Below are positions 1 through 10,896 of a stretch of 64,000 nt of DNA, piece after piece. Position numbers and translations under genes: made by a program. The notes under the pieces are model-generated. The model ran no database searches and was not told the DNA's origin. It saw only the letters and a list, made by a program, of their open reading frames with translations. The stretch's first letter is position 1. Each line of letters opens with the position of its first letter. Where the stretch lies: assembly GCA_001949185.1 (NCBI GenBank), contig BDGG01000003.1, forward strand, positions 4,523,092 through 4,587,091, given 5' to 3'. This stretch comes from Ramazzottius varieornatus. Lineage: Eukaryota; Animalia; Tardigrada.

Positions 1-299
1 AATCGGATCTCTTTTGGTTAGGCTGGGATTGAAGTGTTTATGACCGAAAATCTTGATGTATGGCTTCAGATCGGTTCTAGCCCGCTCCAATAATCTAGCT
101 TCCAGGGGACTGCGCTTCTTAGGTGTTCTCGTGGTGTGGTTGTCAATGAAACCGTTCATCGGGCCCAGCGGTAGCATGCGGTTCATGCAGTGCGTGTCAG
201 TTAGGCGTGCATGGCACGATTTTGCTTATGCGACCGTTATGTACTGTAGTGAGAAGGGGACGTTTATGATTTCCTGGACTGTTACCACTTTTGTGAACG

Positions 300-3200
300 A
301 TGGCGGTCGCACTGACCGCGCAAAAGAGTCGGTTGTCACAACGCAGTCGGAAGAGTGCCAGTAAGTTCCGACCTGTTGAAAAGACATGGATGGAAGGCTG
401 TGGTGAGGTATTCAAGCTCGACGATCCCGACCAGTGGCAGCCGCCCGATGGCGCTACCGTTGTGGCTCCACCTCATATCGAGAAGACCATACGACATAAG
501 AAACATCGGCCCACAGCAGGCAAGAATACTCATGAAATACACCCTCATCAGCTGTGGTTTTTCCTGAATGCTTTTCCATTGAATTTCTTGGTAGGGAGAA
601 AGAATATGTCGGCACCGCCAGCCGGGAGTTTGCCCGCGGCAGTGCAGAGTGAAATTCAGGTTCGGCAGGATTTCTACAAGCTCCTGGACAAGAAGAACCT
701 GACGCATGTTGGTCGTTCGCATATTGGCGACTACCTATGGAACGAGCACTTTGAGCACAAGATGGGTGGAACGAGGAAGTTTCTGGGAGACCGAAAGAAA
801 GGGTGGTTTGTGCTGAAGCGAATATATAATTTGGACGTGTACGAATGCATGGCGGAATACATTGTCCCTTTTGAGAACTTCGAATTTTATTCTGCCTTCG
901 AGGTCTTGCTGTCGCATCTACATAACTCCCAGTTGGTCATTCGCATGACAGCCCAGGGTACGAAAAACATCAATGTGTAAATCTTCTAAATTTACAAGCC
1001 TTACCAGCTTTTTCTCCACTATAAAAGAGTTACGGAATGGAACTAGGGAAAGAATCTCTAAAAGATAGTTTTCAAATACTTTGGAAATGTGCGCCACGTG
1101 AGAAAGCGATCTTGTCGAGTTGCCTACCCAAATGGCGCACATTTCCAGTCCATGACACTGATAATGTGTGCCACTTGGAAAGGCTCTCTTGTCGAGTTTT
1201 TTTTCCGAGCTCCCAGATTATCTTCGCAATATTTTCAGCTTTTTGTTGTTCCTTTTACAGTTTCACATTTTTCTAGATGAATGCGTGGAGTTTTGGTCAC
1301 GAAAGTTCGCCAAGAAGCTCCAAAGTCTCATCCACTACCGCCCCAGCACCTTCCACACCGTGGTGATCCCCATGATAGTTAAGCCTGTATCACAAGAAGT
1401 GGCACTTCGTATGATTCACGAAGAATGGAACCGCATAGCCTGCTTAGCCTCCCTCGTAATCCCTCCGGCGTCTATTTACGCTCGCTGCGTAAACCGATGG
1501 ATCATTCCTCTGGCCGAACCTCCCCATGAAGGGCCTGACGGTGTGATGAGGAAATCCGAGAACCGCCAAGTACGCCTCGACATGGGTTTCCTCATGTCCC
1601 AAAGGCGAAAGTTCGCTTTGAAGGCTAGAGAAAAAGCTGCGGCTGTGGAACGAAGCAAGACTGCCGTCGATAGTTACTACAAGGTCGAGCGAAGGAAACA
1701 TCCGGGTAGAAGGTAAGAGTCTGTCGACTTTCGAGCACGTGCATACACTGGTGTGAAATTAAAGTGATCTAGATAGATGCATGCAGGTGAATGACAGAAA
1801 GGCACTTTTACCGCCCTCTGCGATTTTTCCTCTCGCACGGGATTTCCCTTTTTGATGAGGTGGTGTTCTTTGCCGTAGGTTGTCGGATCATAGAAGGTTG
1901 ATACCTTTCGGTACAGCGTCAGCAGGGAAGATGCGGTCGTCGGCTGGGGCCGGAACCGCCAGGTCTTCGCTGGCTGTTTCAAATAAGGTTCGTTCGGGAC
2001 CGATACAAGGTCCTGGAACGACCACTAGTAAGGTGGAATCAACCCCGAAGATGGATGGAGCTCGGGGATTGTCGATCGCTTCAAAGCGAGGTACCTTCCG
2101 GAATTCGCAGAGACCCGGAAGTAACTTGATGGTTGGAGTCAAGAAACCAAAGTTCAATCTGGACAGACTACTGACTGCGAACAGTAAGCAAATCTGAAGA
2201 CTGAAAGAAATTTTCAGTGAAGTCTCATCGATTTGCGAAACTACTGTAATGCTTCATGAACTTGGCGAACTGACGTCAGTGTAAGCGTACAGTTTACGGG
2301 TACGATGACGCATACAGCATGCGCTTACAATGACGCCATTCGCCAAGTTCATGAAGCATTAGAGTAGGGTTTGGAATTTCAGTATTCTTGGAGACCGAAT
2401 CACGTGGGAGACCGGCAAACGAAACGTGCACGATTATGACTTAAGTGGCGCAGCTTCCAGCCTGTAACGATGATAACGCGCGCCACTTGAGATAATGATC
2501 TTGTACGTTCCGTTTGCCGACCTTCCAGTTTTCCAAATCTATGTCTAGAGAATAAACCGCCTCACGAGAAGATCTACTGGCTGTATCCGATGCGCGCCGG
2601 TCGTCAGCGACCACCGAAAACTTTCGCTAAGCTGGTCAAAATCAACCAGACCGATGATGAGAAAGCCATCCTCGATATGCGGACTGAGTTCCTCAACATG
2701 TACTACCCAGTAGCCAACCGGGAAAAGTTCAGAGAGGCCGAACTAGACCAGTCCTTACTCTACCCTCAGTACGATCAGAATATCATCCGTGGCATGGTCC
2801 ACGACGAGATCTTCTGGACGTACTCACAAGCGCAAGAAGCCATCCGGAACTCCAAGGAAGACATGAAGGAGACTCGCCAGCCGTTCGAGGAGCAGAAGCG
2901 GAAGCTGAAGGATGCCATTGCGGACATGGATATGAAGCTACGTCCGAACGGGTCGGAGACGAGGATCTCGACAGGGCTGGAAGACCCGGCGGATGCGCTG
3001 AAAAGTGCCAACGCGGCGGACCGAAGAGAGTACTTGAGGATCTTGGATCACAAGTCGGTCTTGCCGGAATCCGATGAGGAAGACGAGGTGGAAGAGATAC
3101 TACCCAACGGCTTCCCTTCGAGAGCGTTGAAGAGGAACCAGCTAGTTGGGAACAATGAACTGAACGTTGTAAAGAACTGGGCAGTAAGAATTGCAAAGAA

Positions 3201-6050
3201 TGCGCCCACTGTCGCGTGCCTGCATACAATGCTTGCTGCTTTATAAATGTTGTTTCTGTGTGCAGGTGTGCAATTTTTGACGCATATTGTTTGCTTGTGT
3301 TCCTCATTAGTTCTTCCATTCATCTTGTACCGGTCTTCGGCTCATTAGGTTCTCTCCAAGTTTACGCTTGCGGAAGAGCAAGCAGCGAAAGCTAAGCATG
3401 CCGGTGGGACGTCATCTTCCACAGGAGACAAAGGTGGCGCCACACTAGGTGTTCCTGGACGGGAAGGCAAAAGCCACCTGTCCATTCCTGTCTTCGGACC
3501 AAGAGGTACTACAAGCGGAGAAGACACATTCTCCTCGAAGTCCGTGACTTTTCAAGAACAGGATGCAAGTCCGCCGACGTTGACTATACGGCAGCTGCTG
3601 TTGAACCAGGAAGAAGACCCGTCGGACGCGGACTGCATCTTCATGAAGCTGTGCGTGGACAGCGGCCACAGTAACTTCTACTTCGATATTGGCGGGGACT
3701 CTGAAGACGAGGAGGACGAGAAACCGTTGGCTATGCCTCCGGGTGTGGATGGACACGAGGAAGAAGACAAGACGCGACGAAGACGCCAGTCCTCTTTGGT
3801 CGCCGAAGGTAACAAAATAAGGAGCTCGGCTAAGATTCAGCACGACCGTTTTTCCAAGTGGCGCACTCTGTCAGCTGGTAACAGAGAAAACGTGCGTCAC
3901 TTGGTTAGCATGAAGAATTTGTTTTCCGTGCTCCCAGTTGATACGGAAATGAACTGAAAAATAAGTGATAACAAATCTTGCTCTTGCATGGAATAGTTTT
4001 TCGACAGGTATGAGTAAGTCGCAGTTTGGTTACCTGGACCGGGATGAACTCTTCAAGTCTCTGAAGAGCTTCCGCCATATGAACGGTAACTTGAGCGAAA
4101 AAGACAGAAACTTTTTTATCGATCAAGAGAAAGAACGGAAGAGGGAAATTGAACGGCAGAAAGAGCTGGCAAGACAGCAGGAGCTCGAACGTAGAAGACT
4201 GGAGGAGCTGGAAAGACTGCGATTGATTGAATTGGAGAAACAAAGGCTGGCCGGGGTCGATCGCCAGAGGTTAGCCGAATTGGGACGACAGAGGCTGGCT
4301 GAGCTGGAATGGAAACGACTGGAGGAACTCGAACGTCAGCGACTAGCTGAACTCGAAAGACAAAGGTGGGTATATTTCGAGGACTAGAACAGACAACAGA
4401 GTGAGATGATATAAATAGGATCCTCTGCGAGTGAACTCACTTAAACGGTTTTCTCAAGTGGCGCACGCGCTCAGCTAATAACATGGAGCACGTGCACCAC
4501 TTGAATTGATCTGGGTGAAATCGATTGCGGGTGTATCAAATAAACAGGTTGCCCGATTGACGTCCTCTGACGTTTCACTTCAGGCTGGAGAAGTTACAAC
4601 TGGAAGAACTTGAAAGACAACGCTTAGCTGAGCTCGAGCGGAAGCGTCTGGCCGAGCTTGAACGTCAACGACTGGAAAAGCTTCGACTGGAAGAACTGGA
4701 AAGGCAGCGGTTGGCCGAGTTAGAGCGTAAACGACTAGAGGAACTCGAAAGACAACGTCTGGAAAGGATTCGCCTGGAAGAAATCGAAAGGAAACGGCTG
4801 GAAGCAGAACGACTGGAGAAGCTTCGGCAAGAGGAACTGGAAAGACAAAGATTAGCTCAGCTGGAACGCCAACGCCTGGCGGAAGAGGAACGTCAACGTT
4901 TAGAGAAGATTCGGCGGGAAGAACTGGAACGTCAGCGTCTGGCTGAACTTGAACGACAACGACTGGAGAAGATTCGGCTGGCTGAAGAAGAAAAGAAGCG
5001 ACTGGAAGCTGCGCGGTTGGAGAGGCTTCGCTTGGCGGAAGAAGAACGGAAACGTGTGGAAGCTGAACGACTTCGTCGTGAAGAGGAAGAACGACGAAGA
5101 AAAGAAGAGGAAGAACGAAAGAGACAGGAGGAGCTTGAAAGGCAACGTTTGGCTGAGGCTGAGCGACAGCGTCTAGCCGAGATTGAACGTCAAAGGCTAG
5201 CTGAAATAGAACGTTTGAGGCAGGAAGAGATCGAACGGCAGCGGCAAGCTGAGCTGGAGAGGAAGAGGCTGGAAGAACTGGAACGGCGAAGGATGTTGGA
5301 CGCTGAACGAACACGGTTGGAAGAGATCGAACGGCAAAGGTTGGCCGAATTGGAGAGGATCAGGCTGGAGGAAGAAGAAGCAAAGAGGAAAGAGGAGGAA
5401 GAAAAGCGGAGTTTGGCGGAAATTGAAAGGGCGAAGAAGGAGGAAGCGGACAAGAAGAGGCAACTGGAAATCGCTCGACAAGCGGCGTTGGAACGACAAC
5501 GAGCGGCGCTTCGGGACGCCAAGAAGAAGAAAATTGCGAAGTATCAGGCGGAGGAGGAAGAAGTCGTTCCTGAAATACCGGAGGTACTTTATGATTTTTA
5601 TTTAAGTCGGCTAACATATTCGACAAGATCGTTTTCTGTGAGGGGCGCAAGCTTACAGCCAGGTACACAAGTAACGTGCGCCACTTGAAAAAGAGTAACC
5701 TTGGATCTTGTATGCCGAGGTCCCGTTTGTGTACTTCTCGTACTTTATTTGATCAATGCTCTTCCTACAGGATCAACCGGCCGACGACAGCGGAGGACAA
5801 CCATTCAGAGCTCGGCTCTTCAAACCGCATAGTGCGGTTGAGTTGGCGGCAGAAGACGAAGAAGACGTTGGCGAAGCTTTATTGGATAAAATTAACGAGA
5901 AACTGCATAAAGGTAATCAATTCAATTTAAAGCTTTGTCCATCGACCGAATTTTCATCTCGAATGTGTCGTTCTAGAGGGTAAGAAACCTGGCGCTGGGC
6001 CTCGCGGTCCTCCAAACAAGGATCCTGGCCCGAGTTCCAAAGCGCCTTGA
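300..6050 (+). CDS. Large (~1330 aa) uncharacterised protein with long Glu/Arg/Leu-rich charged helical repeat region; 10 exons
   Basis: Exons 300-519, 595-957, 1277-1712, 1879-2183, 2549-3183, 3349-3808, 4008-4365, 4584-5583, 5771-5912, 5977-6050 splice in compatible phases and sum to 3993 nt. The first intron is GC-AG and in frame. No family recognised; start codon uncertain. Confidence 0.75.
2244..2364. mobile_element. ~121-bp MITE with long TIRs and TA target-site duplication, intronic
   Basis: TA|CTGTAATGCTTCATGAACTTGGCGAA...TTCGCCAAGTTCATGAAGCATTAGAG|TA; ~44-bp imperfect inverted arms. Confidence 0.75.
2408..2526. repeat. Palindromic AAGTGGCGCAC-N25-GTGCGCCACTT element, single core, intronic
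   Basis: ggagaccggcaaac...ttaagtggcgcag...gcgcgccacttga...gtttgccgaccttcc. Confidence 0.85.
3821..3934. repeat. Palindromic element, single core, intronic
   Basis: ggagctcggc...caagtggcgcac-N25-gtgcgtcacttg...ccgtgctccc; begins ~12 nt after the 5' splice site. Confidence 0.85.
4130..5500 (+). repeat. Coding repeat (LAELERQR / LEELERKR / LEKIRLEE units), interrupted by intron 4366-4583
   Basis: Translations of ORFs 3965..4387 and 4711..5688; protein units conserved, codons diverged. Confidence 0.9.
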
Positions 6051-6120
6051 AACCGTGGATGAATATTACTTTCTTTTCTTCCGGACTCTTTCGTTCCGTT
6101 TTTTTGTTTATTTTCCAAGT

Positions 6121-7406
6121 TCACACTTTTGAAGTCTTTTTTGCATGTGTGTTTTGCTGGATGTCTTCAAACCTCTCCTGTACTTTTCTACAGGCTAAAT
6201 ACGTGTCTTTTATATTGGGCAGATTCTCCACTGCCCTCAGATGGGTCACTACTGCAGCCAAGAGCTGCATGACAGACTCTATGCTTTCTCTGCAGTACGT
6301 TTCTGTCAATGCCTGTCTTTCCTTCAAATCGCCAATCTCATCCCTTAAAGAATAAACTACGTTTTCTTGTTCGTATTGTCTCTTCTTCGTTTCCTCTTCC
6401 GTCCTGCGCATGTCCGTGTGGAATCCGTCGCTTAGTCCTTTTACCTTGTAGGCCATTGCACGCTTCCAGTCTTGGAAGTCGCTGTCGGTTGATTTGAGCA
6501 CACCTAACATTTCCTTGATTGCTTCCTCGTTGAGGATAATCTTCCTATTCGTTTCTTCCATGACAGATCTCATGTAGACATGCTGGCTTTTCTCTACGAG
6601 CTCCATGTCGGCAATGCGTCTCTCCACGTCGTTCACTCGGTCACCCGTCTTCGTACACCTGGCGCGAATGCCTTCCACACCCGTCTTTACTTCGATGTTC
6701 TCGGCTCGTTCCTTCTCAAGATGAATGCTGATGTCTTCTCGCAGAAGACTGACTTCATTCGCGTAAGACTGATTTTTCCTCGTCACATCATCTTGCATAA
6801 CTCTCAGTTCACGAATTTGATCATCTTTGCTTCTTCCCTCATTTTGCACATTTTCCATGTTGTTTCTCAGTTTGCTCATTTCAGCGAAGAACGACGAAGA
6901 CAGTTCCTGGATTCTGGATTCCATTCGGCCTTCCACGGACTTTTCGACGTCGTTGCGGAATACCTGAATGTCCCTGGAAACGTCATCGTGTACTTTGGTA
7001 AGCTCATTTCCCATTGTGTTCCGGACGATCTCGACCTGAGCTTGCATATCTTGTCGAAGGCTCTCCTGACTGTCAGCGTATTTCTTTACAGTTTGGTCCA
7101 TAGTCCGCATCCAGTTGGACAGGTCGTCGAAGAGCTTGCTTTCGGCCGGCATGTCGGCGATGCTATGGGCGGCTCGTACGGCCATCTCGTTGAAACACTA
7201 CGGTTGGACTCCGGGTTAGCATGTAAGAAAATCTTCCGAGTCCATGAGACAATATTTCGAACGCGGAAGTAATTCTGTGTTCGTGTTTGACTTACCTCTA
7301 ATGTTTCTTTTGCATTTTTAGCGATGACTCGCATACAGGCGCTCATGTTGCTGACTAGCTCATCCGTCTGTACTGACAACTGGGGTGATCCGCGGTACAT
7401 TGCCAT
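6121..7406 (-). CDS. Coiled-coil protein (~395 aa), 2 exons
   Basis: Exon 7406-7296 (GTAAG donor, phase 0) joins 7197-6121 in frame; heptad-rich sequence. CCGGAAGTG and CCGCCATTTT motifs lie upstream at ~7471-7533. Confidence 0.75.
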
Positions 7407-7645
7407 ACAGGAGCTCGAATTCGAGTGCAGTAGTTGATCTTCAGTTTCGAAAAATAACGGTACGTTTCAGCCGGAAGTGATGACGGAATCTTGCCAGTAG
7501 TCGGCAATAGCGTAACGCAGTTCCCGCCATTTTGTTTCCAGGTGATGTCGTAGGAAATTAAGGACGCGTCACTGCTGTGGCATAATAATGTGAGCGAAGG
7601 AGCCGCTAAAGTTCTAGGCGAGAAAACCTAGAAACTCTTTAAATG

Positions 7646-7770
7646 GCAGCTCGGCAAACGAACTCGATAAGATCTGCTTTTCCAAGTGGCGCACTTTTTC
7701 AGCAGTTAACACTGGAAAAGTGCGCCATTTCGGAACAGTGTCTTTCGAGTGTACCTGCCGACGAGCTCCT
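7646..7770. repeat. Palindromic element, full-length single core, intergenic
   Basis: gcagctcggcaaacgaactcgataagatc...ccaagtggcgcac-N25-gtgcgccattt...tcgagtg...gccgacgagctcc. Confidence 0.9.
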
Positions 7771-8434
7771 GGGTGAATTACCCTTCAGTAAAACGATATT
7801 TCGATCGAAATACAGTGCGCTGAAATTAACACAGTACTGCACTTTCGAAGTCGGCACGTTTGTCGCTAATGAGCCAGGGTTACTCTGTATCACCGGAAAA
7901 CATCCATAAGTTTTCCCGCCGCACGTGGCAAACTTGGCAGAAGGCAATCATGCCTCCCCATGGTGGAGCGATTGCAACACCATACATGTGGCACTTGTTT
8001 TCAAAAATATTTTTTTGGCGAACCCTGAAATCCTTAGCCTACACGTGTAGCAGTTCGCCAGAGGCGACGTGACTAATGAAAATACCAATGTGCAGGGAAG
8101 TTGCATTAATCAATCTCCTCACACGCTATCGCCGCTTAAATTACAGTAGGTCTTGAGACCGAGTTCCGCCGCGTTTCTCGGTTCTTCGCACGCGACTGTC
8201 TGCATGCGCACAATGCAAAGAACCGATAGAAGATTCATTAAATTATGCAGAACTCTGCAAACATTTGTAGTTAAGTATGCAATATGGAAACGTGAGTGTA
8301 CAACTGACGTTCTGGAATTTCCAAAGAAATGATTTATAAGCATGGTCTTTCAACAACCGCCGGTAGTTCTAGGTTCAAGGTTAACTAGTTTGTTAGTAAT
8401 AGGATCTCTTCAGCCAAATTCGAAAGACGAAAAT

Positions 8435-10377
8435 ATGATGGATAATCGCCAATATCGTATCGCTTTTCAACTTGTGGTTTCTGTGGTATGTTAGTTAATA
8501 ACCCACGAACTATATCAAAGTGAAATTTTCCGTTAAAATATCTTGATTGGTTATTTGAGAGACGTCTAGGACCGTTGTCTCAAGTGGCGCATGCGTTGAG
8601 TTTTTGACAATGACAAAGTGCGCCACTGGAGGTGACGATCTTGTACGTTACGTTTGCCAACCTCCCATTTCCTTTTTGATCTCTCTTGGTTTTTAGGGTC
8701 TTCTCATCGCTTCGGTTCTCTGTCAAGGCCCAGCAGTAACCGCTCCCACTACAAGGAACCCGGTCGAGAATACAACTCAAGCTTCCAACACGACCCAAAG
8801 ACCCAGCTCGAACGCAATAGATACTGCGAAGGATGTGGTGGCTAACTCGAGCATGACCGGACAAGTCAAGACCTCGGGAAACGGCGCGTTGATTCTCAGA
8901 TCGAGCAACGACGGGGAAAACAAGACCGAGATCGTGCTAGCCAATGTCACGGCCGTACCTATCCTGGCGCCGAACGGTACGCTGGTCAAGTCCAACACTA
9001 CCGGTCTCAACGCCACGGACTTGGCCGACGATGTCATCCTTACACGAAACAAGACGTCGAAAGTAGTGGTGGTCCCTGTGGACACCAACAACAAGACCAA
9101 TCGAGTCAACCAAGTCATCGTCCAGCTGAATCACAGGTCAGTTCAAAGTATACTTTCCACATGGATACTCGGCGGACAAAAGTCTATATGGCTGTTCTCC
9201 CAAGTGACGCACGTTTTCAGTATACTGGCTCAAAACGTGCGTCTCTTGGAAAAGGAATCTTATCGATGTTTCCCGAGTGGCGCACGTTTACAGTATTTCT
9301 GGCTGGGAACGTGGGCCAAACGGAAGAACGATCATGTCGAGGTTGTTTGCCTAGGCCCAAATATTCGGAATGGCTTGATGGTCTTGTTTTGTAGGATCGA
9401 ACTAGAGCCGATTGACTTCCAAATGAATTATACGAAGAAACCGAAGTTGAACTTGAATATCGTCATCACAACGCTGATCACAGCGTGAGTCGCTTCTTTT
9501 TTTCATAACACCAGTCTCTTGTGTTGGTTGTCCAACTTTTCTACACTGCAGTGGTTCCATCCCGGTGGCATCCATCGCAAGGCGGAAGCAGACGCTTGGA
9601 GCCAGGGCGGCAACAGGGGCTGTGACGGACATAGCGATGGATTTGGACAACGGTGACATCGTGATGGCACATCCAGAGACCACCACCGGTGTTCAGCTTC
9701 TCTTCAACGGGACCTACAGGAATGTGGCAGATGACAACAGTGATAACAAAGTGCCGGTTCCGCGAACCTTCTTTCTCGATCTCTGCGGATCCATCAGTGA
9801 CGTACGTACACCAAATACTCCATCTATCGCTTTGGCATTTGGCTCATCCGTCTTTCTTGCTTTTCCAGAAAGCATTCATGCAAATCGTCATAGGAGGCCA
9901 GAGAAACGACACCTTCATATGCGCCGTCAATCTAGGTAGTACATAAGTATTCAACAGGCTGAAAAGCTGTTCCCAGTCGCTCTTTGATCGTTGAGACGCG
10001 TTTCCTAATAGCTTTTCCCACGGCTGCACGCGACACGGAGGCAGAGTGGACTGAACCTCTGCAGTGTGAAAACACGAACGGGGACTGGAGCTACAGGTAT
10101 CGATTAGTAATTGTATCAGGCAAATGTGTCAGTCAGGCCCGATTTGAGCCGCTTTGATTGCGGACAAACATGCCAAAATTTACTAACGTGTTTTTTGCCT
10201 TTGTAGGCTGTGGTACAAGCTGAGACAGGTAGGCCTTAGTTGCTTAACTATCCCGAACGTACGGTACCGTCTAGAGATGGCGAGTAACCTGGGTTCCGTT
10301 TGCTCGAACAGTACAACATCAACTGGAGCCAGTGCCAGCAAAACCGACCTGTTATCCTGGCGGACTCACAAGAATAA
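8435..10377 (+). CDS. Secreted protein, paralog 1 of an unrecognised family (Thr/Asn-rich N-region plus conserved C-terminal domain)
   Basis: Exons 8435-8485, 8697-9136, 9395-9484, 9552-9801, 9869-9935, 10012-10096, 10207-10228, 10312-10377. Signal-like AFQLVVSVGLLIASVLC; motifs RIELEPIDFQMNYT, LDLCG, WTEPLQC, YRLWYKLRQYNINW shared with three other genes in the window. Confidence 0.85.
9165..9370. repeat. Palindromic element, double core, intronic
   Basis: Cores at 9202 and 9275 (73-bp period). Confidence 0.8.
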
Positions 10378-10896
10378 GCGCAAAACCTCTGCGGGCACAG
10401 TTCCTCGTATTGTGTAGGTGCCGTCGAAGACTGATCATAAGCGCGGAAACGCTCTATTGTCAACACTTGCCCGTCAAGTTGATATTTATTGCTGTTTTGT
10501 TGTAAGGACAAGGACGTTGAAAAGCCCCGATATAAATTTCCTAATGACCGAAAGATGATTCGATTATCTTGATTTCAACACCAAAACGTTTCTACTAATA
10601 GGGTATATAAAGTTACATAGACTACTTCGGTATCAAAATCACTCTCGTCAGGCATGTTATGTGCACTGGCTAAAGTCACCGCCTCCGAACGCCGATTTTT
10701 TTTTTGTCCGATTACCTCGGGGGCATTCTCAGTTCCGACAACAATGTTTTTTCCATCGATAGTCATTTTTCCATCTGTTAGTAATGTATGTTATTAGTGT
10801 GACAAATGCTCTCACCAACGCGTCGAAATTTCTAGGCTGAATACTTTCTGCGCTTTCTGATTTTGAAACAAGCTCAACGTACACCTCGTTACACAA

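Noticed and set aside
1-186. Minus-strand ORF (MNRMLPLGP...) running off the left edge
   Set aside because: It may be the start of a divergent gene, but it is too short and unrecognisable to call.
4580-7272. Long antisense ORFs (4580..5314-, 6580..7272+, also 23304..23825-)
   Set aside because: They are shadows of repetitive or coiled-coil coding sequence on the opposite strand.
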